A DNA stretch of 62,388 nucleotides, counting the filler, from Choristocarpus tenellus KU-1152 (Eukaryota > Protista > Phaeophyceae), in the NCBI GenBank assembly GCA_964200185.2. It is 7 parts of 7 records of this genome, joined end to end, with 100 filler letters (N's around TTAATTAATTAA, not from the genome) between each part and the next. Parts side by side here need not be neighbours in the genome. Positions count along the whole stretch, not along the records: positions 22,593 to 35,673 come from CAXNAD020001592.1; positions 35,774 to 55,951 come from CAXNAD020000414.1; 5 more parts are not named here. The stretch is one strand, 5' to 3'. Positions 25,888-38,657 of the stretch are shown piece by piece (the first letter of the stretch is position 1; each line of letters opens with the position of its first letter). The translations under genes and the position numbers were made by a program. Under the pieces are notes generated by a model. The model ran no database searches. It had not been told where the DNA came from and was given only the letters and a program-made list of their open reading frames with translations.

Positions 25888-28776
25888 AGTGGGGAGTGTA
25901 TGCCGGGGTAAAGCCAAGCGGGCTGTGCTGGGGTGAAAGGCCAGTCAGTCACAATGCTCAGCAGAAAGAGGAAGGGCACACAAGGGAACTTTATGATCTG
26001 TGCCTGGGGAACAGAGGGAAGGTTTATCAGCTAGCAGAGGCACAGTTATTCGGGTGCAACAGGAGGAATATCACAGGGGGGTCCTTTGCCTGAACAGAAG
26101 GGGCGGGGTGTGCATACAGGGTGAAGTGCGTGCCTGTCCAAAACTTGTGAAGAAACAGAAAAATGTGCATGTGTAGCTGTAGGTCTGTGAATAAGTTTGA
26201 CTTTGAAAGCGGGCCATGAGGAAATTAAGTTCGTAATAGAGGCATCACAGGTCAGAGACCTCCACCCAAAATATAACATTTTGGACTAATCACTCTCTCA
26301 ATATTGTTCAAAAAATAAATGTTAAACTATGCGGGTATAAGTTAGGATTAAGAGGGAGCAAATATAATTTAGTGTTCAAGAATAAATTGCTAGACTAAGA
26401 GGTAGAATTGAAGTTTGTGGGGAGGTCTGATGACAGTTTCGAATATTTTATTATTTTGTGATGTAGGAATCAGCAAAACACAACAGGACAATAAAGACCA
26501 GAGATGGGGGAAAAGGGGCTGGGGGGTATTTACAGGAAAGAGATTGTCAAGTCTGCTTCCTAGGTCCTTACCCAAACCTGTTGGGCTTGACCTAGGAAAA
26601 AAGCATGGCAGTAAGCACATTACTTCGTAGTGACCAACCTTTAATGGGATATAGTTGTTTCATTGTTAGTTTCAAATAGTACATTTTTTGGGAGGTGTTG
26701 TAGGATTGACAACTATAACAGTCGTCATATTCCCATTTGTTCTTGTAATAATGTAGTTTTGGTTAGGGTTTTCCTCTCGCACACACAAAAATATCATGAA
26801 ATGGCATAATAAGATACATATTATATATTATAAACGTTCATCCACCTTCCTTTCCATAATCATTTTTCTGTTGAAGGCATGTGTTCAAAATGACTTCTAG
26901 GATTATGTCCACTCACTCAGTGGATATTTTCCATACGATGTATCTGAAAGAGAGAAGACAAAGATAATATCTTCACGAAGAACTTGTGATACAATATTAA
27001 TAGTTTACATGTTCAATATAATTCTCAATACTGCTATTTTCTATACAACACTGTTTTCTAGGAGATGATTGTTTCCTACAAACCGATGTTTGAGAAAATA
27101 CTGGACAAGCAAAGGCTCCTATTTCATGGTTCAGTTCCACCCATGGAAGATGAGGAACTTTCCAATGTGTTAATGTTGATTTGGGGGCGGGGAAGAAAAA
27201 CGGAACCGAGGTGAACCAGGTAAGGTGAGTCAACTCACCAACACCACCACTCTCACTACTCATACTTTCATATTGATGCTCCTCATCATCATGTGATCTT
27301 TGTTGTGTTGATTTTCTTGTCCATACTTCACATTCTCTCTTCCCTTCCCTTTCAGTTATTTCTTGGGTGTTATTCTTTCTAAAGCGTTCTATTCTTCCGT
27401 TTCTTTTCTTCTATTTTCTGGACTCGTATCGTCTTCTCTCATATTTTGGTGTATCGTACTGCTTTTTGTCAGTGTGTATTGAATTCTTTCAACTAAAAAA
27501 TACCTTCCATCCACCAATACTTCGAAATGTGAATACACAACAATATTATAAAATATATTTGTTCACTATTCACAAAAACAAAAAAAGAATAATAGCGAAT
27601 ATATGAAGAGGATGTATCGTTTATGGAAAATCACGTAATTTATTGTAGATCACCTACTAAGTGTTAGGGTTAGGGCTATATTATTATTACGCTTTCTGAC
27701 ATTTCGTAGATATGTCAAGAAAAATCAATGAAAGCACATATCAGTTCCCCAGTTCTTATTCTGTCAAAACAAGAAATTCCTATGAGTTGAAGTGTTTCGA
27801 TCTCTCCATCCGGAAAAACGGGTCCAGTTTCTACCCTTGAACCCAAAGCCAACGTTCCCCCTACAAAAAAAATGAGAATCGAAAACAACATTCTATCTCC
27901 TCTAATAATGTGGTCATTGTGTGATCGAAAAAAACTTTGTTCTCTCTTGATTGAGAAGAATACTTATAGTGAGTATTGGAGTGATCTTCAGGTGGGATAT
28001 ATATATGACTAGAACTTACTACTGGAGAGGATAAGAATAAGACTATATTAATAGATACTTGTTGTACATGGAGTAATCTCTCTCGTCCAATTGCAACACT
28101 CGGTTCAAAATCGGAAGGTGAATAATTTGTAGTGCGCAGGAGGAATTAACTTGGTATGGTACTTTCTCTCTCATGCTGTACCAATCCACACAATCCACCA
28201 AAAAAAAGCGACAACCAACAACGGTCAATTCTGATTGGTCCACAAACTTCACATTGATGGCACGGTTTTTTGAAGAAACCAGAAGCATCTAAACGCACTA
28301 ACCGCACTTTTCGTTTTCATCTTACATTCTTTAGTGCCACAAACTTCTACTTGTGACGACGGCAACGTATTAACCTCGACTTTTCTCTTTTCTCCTCAGT
28401 GATACCTAAGACTCTAGGTTATCATCGAGCACACACTCCCTCCGGGTTAACGAGGCCATCCAAACTGCTCTTTCCCCTGTACAGAGGCCCTCTACAGAGG
28501 GCTATGCAGCTTCTTCTACCCCTTGCAATGGGATCAGGGGGGGCATGATTGTGGCCGTTGCGTTCCCCTTGCACAATATTGCACTTCTCTGGAGACTACT
28601 AGACCGTGTTCCCCTTCTACTGTGCTTATCCTGGGGAGCTGTCTCCTCCTAGAATTGGATTTTTGTTCGTCTCCTTTTCTCCGCCATAGCACGGGAGAGG
28701 AGATCAACACGCTCAATATTTTTTGTGTAGTAGTGGCGGTCTGTTTGAGAACAGCCTCAGAGGCGAAACGTTAAGA

Positions 28777-31700
28777 ATGTTTTCCGTAGCTCGAAAGACC
28801 CATGGTCTGAGCTTGCAGTCGAAGGGAGGCTGCCACTGGACCGCACTTCTAAGTAAAAGTGTGCCGCCAGTTGGTGTTCCACCTAGGTGTACAGGTGGGG
28901 TGCCAGGAATACAACGGGTTCAATTGTATAGCTTTGTAAGGCGTTCCACAAAGCTTTTGCCTCCATCTTCAAGCGGAACTCGTGGTGGATCCGTCTACAC
29001 CCCTGCGCGTGAAGGTGCCGGTGAGAGCACAGCATTCTTGGGTTCCCGAACTTTGCTTTCCGACTGGTCCAAGGCCCTGAATCGAGCGGGAACTAGGTTG
29101 GAGACGTTTATGAGAGGGGAGCGGGTGCTAAAGGCGGGTAGGATGCACCTCACGAGCACTACTGTGAGCAACTTGTGTGGGCATGGCAGCTTTGTGATGC
29201 TGGCACTTGCCTACATGGAGAGCGATGTCCTACTTCTTCGGTGAGTGTGACGTACTTGCTTCCCAAATATGCCGCATATGTGCATGCATTCATTGAGAGG
29301 TCGGAGATACGGCCGTGCGTCAGCTCCAGTTCTAGAATTAATTTAGTTCACGATATGACAAATATTTTTCGTACCGCTTCGTGCTGGCAGCAAAGCTATC
29401 ATGAGTTCAGAAACTGATACTAGGTACTGTGCGCATGAGCCCTGTTGGTGTTACAAGAGGGTGAGCATTTTGTGAGAAAAAGTAGCGGGAAAACCTTGGC
29501 AGTGTGCAGCCCCCAAGACGATTACACCTCTTTCTTTGGACGAGCACAGAGTTACTTATTTCCGGCTTCGCGCATGCGGATGGTTTTGGCGTCCTACCAT
29601 GTAAACATGGCAAACCTGTCCATGTTGCCTAGGCTGCATGCTGAACTAGAAGAATAACCTGATTTTTTTGCTCTCGCTCTCACACACACACTCACCAAGG
29701 AGCATGGTCCTATTGTCTGCCTAGGTTTTCTGCATCCTGTGCTATCATGCATCCCTAACCTTTACATGATCTTTTTATTCTTTTAGTTCAGCATGCATTC
29801 AAGCACAAAACCACATGTGATCTGCAGTCGAATCATGCCAACAGTCCGCCCCACCTTCAAACATAGATAACATCATTTGGAAATGAGTAGCAGTTGTGTT
29901 GATGTGGTTTAGAATCTTGGTTTACGAACATCATGATGAGGGTTTTGATTGAAAGGTGTGTTGACCCCAATCCTAACCCTAATCCTAACCCCGATATTGA
30001 CAGAGGTTATGCAACAAGTGGGATTGTCCTCTCTGTCCTATTTCAGTTCTACCGCCCCCAGCCATTGTGGATACCCATTGGGTGGAACGGACTTTTCCTC
30101 TTGATCAATGTGACTATGATAGGAATGATCTTGAAGGAGCGCAATGATGCTGGGCACATTGGGGATAACACGGAGCAGGTGTGTTTGCCTTGGTTGGGTT
30201 CTAAAAGTGTGCTGTCAGTGTCAGTGGAGAGATTAATGGTTCATTTCTGGGAGAGGGGGTGATTTGACAAGTATTCATCTGACAGTATTTGCACTTCTGG
30301 TGGACCTGCACGTGTGTAGCGCTTTAGTTGTTGTGAGGACCTTTTGGTTTTTGGTTTTTATTCCCAGGTCTTAACTTGGTTATGATTAACTTGGTTATGA
30401 TTTGTGGTATCTTGTTGCCACATTTGCAGTCTTCTGAATGTACCAATGGTATTGTACTTTCAGCTCTTGGTCCAACGTGACTCCCTCTCTCTTCCCCAAC
30501 CCTAACCCTAACCCTTAGTGGCGGATAAAGCATGGCATGCTACATTTCTTGTTTGTGCTCCTTGCACCTTGTTCTCCTTCCTCCTTTGCTTATCTAACCC
30601 AAGGTCATTACATTGTCAATACCCCGCACATCTTGCTGATTGGGAACCCACATCTATCCCTGGAGTGATGGAAGTGATCCGCATCCATAGTTTGGTGACA
30701 TGAACGATCCACTGCATCAACTGATCAGTGCTGCTCCCCCTACAGGGTGTTCACAAGTTTAAGGCATGAGGTTACTGCTACTGATGTTGGTGCTTCACCC
30801 TCTGGAATTGGCCTCTTCCCCTTGAAACGATGAAACTGCATTCCTTGTGGCATTCCGACCCTGTGAACAGGCCTGTGTGTACGAAAAGGTCTTCGAGGGG
30901 GTGGAGTTAGACCCGGTAGACTTTGTGAAGCTCATGGACCTGGCGGACAGGAAGGTCCTCCCCAAGGGATACCGCCTTACAGAATTTGGGCAACCTCAGG
31001 AGGATTTGTACCTGATTGTTGAAGGGACGGCTGATGTGAGAGAGTGCACATGCCTGTCATAGTCTTGTCATAGTCCTGTCATAGTCTTAGGCCTGACACT
31101 AAAATTGAGATTTTTCGTTGGCATTCCAAGTTTGTGGAATATTGATTGATAGCAGTTTGGTGTGTATGAGGCGCTTGTACTGTGTGTTCAAGTGGTGTTC
31201 ATGTGTGTGAAGTCGTGCTATTGGTTGTTGAAAATTCCTATCCGAATAAAACGTTTTGCTATTACGCTTTACACTTTACACTTTACACTGTGCACTTTAT
31301 GCTTTACACTTTACACTGTGCACTTTACACTTTACATTCTACACTGTGCACTTTACACTCTACACTTTACACTTTACGCTTTACATTTTATGCTTTACAC
31401 TGTGCACTTTACACTTTACACTTTACACTGTGCACTTTACGCTTTACGCTTTACACTTTACACTTTACGCTTTACACTTTACACTTTACACTTTACACTT
31501 TACACTTTACACTTTGCACTTTACACTTTACACTTTACACTTTACACTTTACACTTTACACTTTACACTTTACGCTTTACGCTTTACGCTTTACACTTTG
31601 CACTTTACGCTTTACACTTTACACTTTACACTTTACACTGTGCACTTTTCACTGTGCACTTTACGCTTTACACTTTACGCTTTACGCTTTACACTTTACA

Positions 31701-34700
31701 CTTTACACTTTACACTTTACACTTTACGCTTACGCTTTACACTTTACACTTTACACTTTACACTGTGCACTACTCTCTACCAAATGTACCACCAAACTGT
31801 ATGTTACACACATTCTGCACATGCATATTTCGTGTCCAGGTGTCAGGTGGTGGTGACCTGTTGGCTCACCTTCAATCAGAGCAGTATGTGGGATCCATGG
31901 CTTTTCACCGATTCATGAGTAATGGAGTGACCAACACTCCTGGTCCCAACGGGGATGGGAACCTTTCTTCTAGCCCGGTGGCTGTGCCTGGCAGTGGCAT
32001 TCATGGCGAACTTCAAGGCAAGGTTATTGGAAAAGACATTCGTTCTGGCCTGAACAGCAACACCATAAGAACAGGCAACGGACCTCCTCCTTTGCGTCCC
32101 CGGGATTCTGACAGGGCCAGCTCTACCACTGTAACTGCCACGTCTGAGGTTAGTTGTGAGTTGTACAGATGCTTGTCACAGTTGGACAGTAAGGTAACTG
32201 CAGTTTGACAATTCCCCCAAGGTTGTGGAGGCGTTTGGCATCCTGTATTTTCATCGAAGTGGGAATATTTTTATTTTTTGTCTGGAGGTTAATATCCTTT
32301 CCCAGCACTAAATTTCTCAGAGTGCCAAGTATTGTAATTGTAGATTTGTGGTCAAAATGGGGGTACACCTTCCTTCATGTAGTCAAACTGAAGGGGGGTG
32401 AAGAATTTGAATCATTTTGTGTACATATTTTTTTGGATCAAAATGTGTGGGGCATTCATTCCTTTTTTTTTGTGGTAGTTGATTCAATTTAACACCAGTT
32501 TCTACTTGGTAAAGTAGGCAAAGTAGTCACGCCAATTTTTTCCAGATCAACATGTGGGAAGTCACTTACGCAGTGTCCTCTTTGCTTTCAACTTCTGACC
32601 ATGCTCCATCTGTGTCCTGTCCCAGTTGGTGGTGTACTCTTGGAACTTTTTTTTGCTGCAGGCGTTTATCAAGCGAAATCCTCTAGCAGGCTTTGCCCTT
32701 CAGAAGAGCATTACAGTAGATCTTTCGAGGACAGTCGACCAGTCTAGGGCTAGTGGGGAGAGATATCGCCTGCTGCTGAGGGAAGCCCTAGGTGCTGGTG
32801 AGGTGACTCCACTGGAGAAGAAGAAACTTCGCAGGTATGGATGGATTGCCGTACCTCAGAATGTCAAACATTCTGGAATTAATCGGTCGGATAATTTGAT
32901 GCAGTGCAGGGTTGTTGTGGGTAGGGTTGTGTTGGATATTACAGAAGAATGGATACCTTTTCCTTGTGCACTTTCTGTGGGGGAATCAGAGATGCATTGG
33001 TTTTGACTGGTCAAGGTGGCGTTATCCCTCCAGAGTCTTGTGTGTCTGTGTGTACTTTGTGTGAAATTGGAATTGTGATTCGAAGTTGCTCAGATGTTGG
33101 GGTGTTTTGCATTTCCAGTTGTGTCACTTGACTTCTATTTGTTATCATGTGCTGCTACTGCTTTTTTGTTGAGATTTATGGAGAGTTCTATTGTCTCACT
33201 TGAATAAATTTGAACATGTGTATAGTGCTATTGCTGCTTTGTCCAGTTGTTCCTGTGGTTACGCTCAGGGTTAGGGTTCACTACAAGCAGGTCAAGAAAA
33301 GCACTCATTACTTTCAATATTAGGGTTAGGGTTAGTTACCATGTGGTTAGGGTTAGGGTTAGGGTTAGGGTTACGATGTGGTTATGTCAGCGGTGAGTGG
33401 CGTAGACCAGTGAAGGAAATTATCCACTCAAATATTGTTTGGGCTGTTTGTTGGAGCAGATCAATTTGGAAATTAATAAAGTACATGAATAAACAATAGA
33501 TTGACTGTGCCATGCCAACACATATCTAACGTATATCTGTAGGTATCGACTGAACCACCAAATTTCACTGGCGGAGCACAAGGTGTTGGTGAATGAGATG
33601 GGGTGGAGGGATGACGAATTTGAAGCTGGTTTCCAAGGAGGAAAGGCTCCCAGGGATGGATCGCAGCACTTTCTCAAGTATGAGCGTGTGCTGAGTCAGG
33701 AGCTAGCCAAGGGTGATGTGAGTTCTGATTTGTACTGCTGTATTTTCGGAAATGTGATGGGCATGATCGTGAATGTATTTGGAGTATTTGACTTGTTTTT
33801 TGTAGTGTGGTCATAGAAGCTTCAATCTAGAAGGCCAGAATGCTATTGTTGTAAGATGTTTGTGGTGTAATGCTACATGATACTTGGAGCTAGTTGCAGC
33901 AAAGGGAGGGCCTGTATCTTTGCCATCTCAGGAGTTTATTTGTAATTGTCTCGATGAGAGGAGTGTGTGATCCAAGTGCATTGTGTGCGAAGTATGTGCT
34001 TTTCAAGAACACCTGCAGCATCTCCATTTATTATCAGTTCTTTTTTTTTCATTTTTCATTCAGAAGGTGTGTTGTTACTCAATCCCCTTGATCCACACAC
34101 CAATGCATGGGCGTGTGGTGTGCTTGGTCTGCAAAGCAACTGCTGATGCCAGATTTGCATGCTTTCAGACTTGCACAAGTCCTATGCATATATATTTTAT
34201 ATACATGTCTTGACACACCGCTCCCTTACTGTGGGATGTGGTATATGATACTCTTGATACCTTAGATTCGAAAACAATGCTTGGTCTAAGCAGCTCCTGT
34301 TTCATTTTTCAGGTTAATGACAGTACCCGCTGCAAGCTCCGACAGTTCCGTTTCCATGCTGGGATTGAGCCAGAGGAGCATCTGCTGGCCCTTAACAAGC
34401 AGGTACAGTACATGACGTGGTCTTACTCCAAACTCTATGCCGGCCACATTCCTACTGTTTATCCAACATCACATGTGATCAAAGCCGTTCTGATCAGTGC
34501 TATCCAACAAGAATGATCTGGGCTGTTCCCTGCTCTACTGACACTCTACTGACACTTTTGTCTCAACTGGGTGTTCTATTTTTCAAACTCCGTGCCAGGG
34601 GTGGACTGCTGATGAGTATGAGGAAGGTTCCAAGGGGAGTATGAAGAAAATGAAGCGTGTCCAGAGTTTGAATCGCATCATTGCTGCTACAGCCCAAACA

Positions 34701-34766
34701 TCTGAGGTGCCAAAGCTGGAAAACATGGGATCTACTGGAGCACGCAAGCATTCTTCTGCCCAGTAG
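28777..34766 (+). CDS. Popeye-domain-like membrane protein (3 TM + cyclic-nucleotide-binding domain + two C-terminal helical repeats). Exons 28777-29240, 30004-30178, 30871-31035, 31840-32148, 32626-32834, 33543-33717, 34313-34402, 34599-34766.
   Basis: All seven introns are GT-AG with consistent phase. LCGHGSFVMLALAYMESDVLLLR-GYATSGIVLSVLFQFYRPQPLWIPIGWNGLFLLIN...LKER is the Popeye-type TM block. DFVKLMDLA...LYLIVEGTADV...LAHLQSEQYVGSMAF...TTVTATSELVVYSW is a cNMP-binding beta-barrel. Ends in TAG at 34764-34766. The ATG at 28777 is inferred. Confidence 0.88.
31262..31770. repeat. Intronic heptanucleotide satellite (TTTACAC)n with TTTACGC, TGTGCAC and TTTGCAC variants
   Basis: About 500 bp of 7-bp units inside intron 3 of the Popeye gene. 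Confidence 0.95.
33267..33372 (+). repeat. Interstitial telomere-like (TTAGGG)n cluster
   Basis: Several GGGTTA runs in intron 5. Similar short tracts occur near 3900, 5540, 6050, 10630, 10690, 12110, 13640, 16175, 27665, 29970, 30500 and 59826. Confidence 0.9.
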
Positions 34767-35673
34767 AACGAACAAGAGCTCGTACTTATGTATGGGGCAA
34801 AAGTCATGGATGGATTTGATTTCAAGTGTTGAATATGCAGCTCCTACAGGATCTGCTTATGACACACAGGCACCAATGTGTACTTCAGGGTATTGATGAG
34901 GCAGACCGATCATGTATCAGCAAGTTGAGTTGACTGCAGGCCTATATTAAGGGGGAAAGAGATCCCTTCGCTTCCCATAGAACTCAAGTTGGAAGTTGCG
35001 AGGAAGGAGACCACGGTTGACATGGAGTATCAGAACGGCTGATTTTTTGTGCTTAGCTGCAGTTTTCCAGCCTGTGGTGACGTGGGCGGTGGTGGTAGCT
35101 GTATTCATTCGGGATGGGGTCGTGGTGGGACTCTACTAGGAATGTAGAGTTATCTCAATCAGTGGGGGTGTTGTTTTGATCAGTTACCTGTTTGTTGGCT
35201 ATTCAGGACGGAGTGAATTTGCGTTTGTCAGGTTGTTGTGAAGAGGTAGAGTTGCTATGTGTAGCTCCTGTGGATGTATATATGATGGGGCCTCTCCATT
35301 GATTTGTTTTTTTAGTGTTGTGATGAATTATGTACATTGTCCGGTTTTTGGTGCTGGTTATATGGTGAAGGTCATGCATTCCCTTTCTAGCCTTCACAGG
35401 TAAAGCTTTCTGAGACAATTTTTGTCCAGAATTTTTCGCTTGTCTTGATGGCAGTATGTGTTTCAGAGTGATGTTTTTTCTGGTGGTTTCTCTTTGTTGG
35501 AGGGTTGTTGGTATTGCTGGCTACACCCTGCAAATTTTGAGTCTATAGGGCATGTGTCCTCTCCTGTCCTCTCCTGTATGCAGTATATTCATTTCTCAGC
35601 GACTGGCTGTGTGAAGGGTGCATGTGAAGGTTTTGAGGAGAGGGCAAAGGATGTGTAGTTCATTGTACTTTCT

Positions 35674-35773
35674 NNNNNNNNNNNNNNNNNNNNNNNNNNN
35701 NNNNNNNNNNNNNNNNNTTAATTAATTAANNNNNNNNNNNNNNNNNNNNNNNNNNNNNNNNNNNNNNNNNNNN
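35674..35773. other. Artificial contig spacer
   Basis: N44-TTAATTAATTAA-N44 followed by poly-G. Confidence 0.97.
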
Positions 35774-35816
<43 letters not shown>

Positions 35817-36352
35817 CGGGGGCCGGGGCCGGGGCCGTGGTGGCACAATAGCAAAGGTAGAGGGAAAGGAGACACCAACAACAAAGATGTCCACAGCATC
35901 AGTAGCACAGGGAAGATCAAGGCGGGAGAAAGCCAGCAGCACTTCTGCTCTTGGTGCCTCCCAACAGGATGACTCTGATGATGAGGAGCTGGTGCGTATG
36001 GAGTGTAGAAGTTGTATGATGAGGGATTTTGTACGCGCAGTGTGGTCGGCTGCGGCTGGTTTTTGTTGGGTTTGCGCAGTTTAGAAGGGATTGCTTTGGA
36101 AGGAGTAATGGACAAGAAAAAAGTAAAGCTCCTGAACAAGTAAAAGATGTAAACATCTATGCTATATTGCTCTGTAAGAATAGAGGTCTGCTGGGCTACT
36201 TGCTTTAATTCATAGCGTTCTTTGTTCTCCTTGTACGTTCATCTCTCAGATGCCATGTGCACTGCAGTGCTCTGCTCTGACTATCCTGTCTAACCTGACC
36301 CCCTTTGCAGATGGCCATGTCACTCAGGCGCCGGGCAGTGATGCAGGAATAG
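35774..36352 (+). CDS. 3' end of an unknown gene; exons <35774-35991 and 36311-36352
   Basis: Low-complexity frame ...GASQQDDSDDEEL ends at a GTGCGT donor; pyrimidine-rich CCCTTTGCAG acceptor, then MAMSLRRRAVMQE*. No recognisable family. Confidence 0.5.
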
Positions 36353-37762
36353 AGTCGGAACAGGGTTAGGCTGAGACTACAAATCAAGCTTTAGACCAGC
36401 ATGAGAAGGGAAAAGGCTGCAACAGTACCTGAGAGGAAAGAAGGGAATTCATGATCCAACCATTGGAGAAATAGGACAGGCTTGCTTCCTCCTTCTGTGG
36501 TCTCTGGTGCTTTATATGCCTAGAGTGTTCCAGCTCTGTGCTGCAACCTACATATTTGGACCAGCAACATGTGTTTGATTGTTGCAAACAGTAGGATGAC
36601 CTTGTGGTAGGGGTAGCTATTTATGCTCTATGTGAGAGTGTTTAATGGGAGGGGGGGGAGGGGGGAGTATTGGGCTATGTAGTTATGGCAGGTTCTGTTG
36701 CCAATTGATTAATCCATTAGGTTGGTTCTCCTATGGATCATAAACATGGCTGGCGTATCTAATGAGGCAAGAGGGGGTTACTCCTGTTGATGCAGCCACC
36801 TCAAGCATCAAGGTGTGTATTATAAGGTTCTTGAATTGCAAGTTCTGTGCGGTTGTCACTCGTTTTCTTTGTGTTTGTGGTCAAGGATATTCTGTTTTTT
36901 GTTGCCTATCTAAGTCAGTAGCATACATCACTTCATCACATATGCATGGGTTTCTCCAGTGTGAGGGTATCACAGGGGGGTATAGGACATACAGTAATGG
37001 AGAGAAAATATTTTTGTTAAGTACTTGACCGGCGAATTTTAGAGGCATACCCTCCTTTTTGTTCTGCATGTGATTGTTGTAAATCCTCTTTTGTAGGTGG
37101 ATAATGTGAATCGTCAACTTTGGGTGTGGGCAGGACCTAGCCCAATGAAGGAATGATGATAGCAATTCCGTGTCTCTGAGTGCCCTATAGTGAACTAAGT
37201 GGGAGCTACTGGTTGGTTGTATCCCCCCTCGCACACCACACACCAAACTACTGTGTCATATATACAGCATAAATTTTATGTTTTGGTTATGGCCTCATGA
37301 CTCAAGCCTCGGCTTTGCATGAAATGTTCATTTACTCGCCGTAGTGTGGCTTTTTTTTTTGTAAGAGGTGTGATACCAGTTGGGAGATGTCCTCAACTTT
37401 CTTGGTTCACATCAACAATGTGACATGATTGCTTCCAATAGTTCATGGTTCTGTGTTCTGTGTGTGTCATAAACTCATGTTCAAAATATTTTAGGGATAC
37501 GGATGATTTGAACCATTTCATTTCTTGCTTTCAACAAATCTGATGAGTCTGTCACTGTGAATGTACTCAAGGGTATTAAGTACAATAGATTTTAGTTGCT
37601 TCATCTGACTGATACTGGTGGGAGGTTTTTAGAAAGGGAATAAAAGAAAGAATACTTGTGCACTATCCATCCTTGCACCATTCCTTCTTGAATTGTGTAC
37701 TCGGGACTTTTTTTGTAGTACTAATGAATATTAGTTACCCTTGGTACACATTACTACCTCCC

Positions 37763-37942
37763 GGGTCAAAGTATCTGGGGTGGGGTGGGGGGTCTACACC
37801 AGGGTGTCCATTCGGGTCCTGGCCAAGAAAATTGCTCTTACAATATCTATCCAACGCATGCAATCCAATCACCCAAAAATGGTGACATGAAAAAATGGGT
37901 CCTGAATGGACAACTTCCACCCCCCCCCAGATGCTTTTAGCC
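37763..37942. mobile_element. MITE family A, full copy with 4-bp TSD TCCC
   Basis: TCCC|GGGTCAAAGTATCTGGGG...CCCCAGATGCTTTTAGCC|TCCC. Confidence 0.88.
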
Positions 37943-38399
37943 TCCCACTACATGGTTTTCTGACACCTCGACATTATTTATGTTCCCTTGGTAAAATATG
38001 AAGAGATGGTCTTTTTAGTGGTGACTGGGGGTCAATTGAAAATGTATGTAGAGAAAAATGTGTGAAGACTGTGGAGGTCTATTGAGGTCAAATGAAAGCA
38101 GCAGAAACTGTTAAGTTTACCAAACTATAATACCGTACTACTACTACTGATCACTCCAATTTCCAACAATGACATGAAAAACAGTTCATAGGCACCTCTA
38201 AATGATATATTAGTAGGTATATCAATAATGGTTGGTTGTACTACTACTACTACAATGCCAACAGCTAAACAATATTGTTGTATCTCTTGTGCGTCGTTCT
38301 GGTTCCTACTACTATAAACTACTAGTAGTGGTAACTACACTACAGCAGCAGTGTTTATAAGACGCTCCAGAGTAGTTGTATTAGTGGTACGTATGAGTT

Positions 38400-38657
38400 T
38401 AGTTAAAGTATCTTAGAGGTTACAAGTTTTGCCCTGTTTGCCCATTTGGGGCTTGCCTTCCCATGGGGTTTTTTTATGACATTTTCCTACTCCAAAATGC
38501 TTTGGAGTATGTGAAATGTATGTTATGAAAAGGTGTGTCCGGAACAAGGATATTGACACTTGCTAACAAATATGATAGTCAAAATTGCATCAAAATCGCA
38601 ACATTGGATTTTGGCCTCCAAACGGACACGGGCCTACCCTCCAAGATACTTTGGCTC
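38400..38657. mobile_element. MITE family B, full copy (reverse orientation) with 4-bp TSD AGTT
   Basis: AGTT|TAGTTAAAGTATCTTAGAGG...CCCTCCAAGATACTTTGGCTC|AGTT. Confidence 0.88.

Noticed and set aside
28330-28690. Minus-strand frame MAEKRRRTKIQF... divergent from the Popeye gene
   Set aside because: Several in-frame stops, no recognisable homology and no supporting exon structure.
31162-31918. Three long overlapping ORFs (348, 224 and 220 aa)
   Set aside because: Artefacts of a stop-free 7-bp satellite; only 31840-32148 is a real exon.
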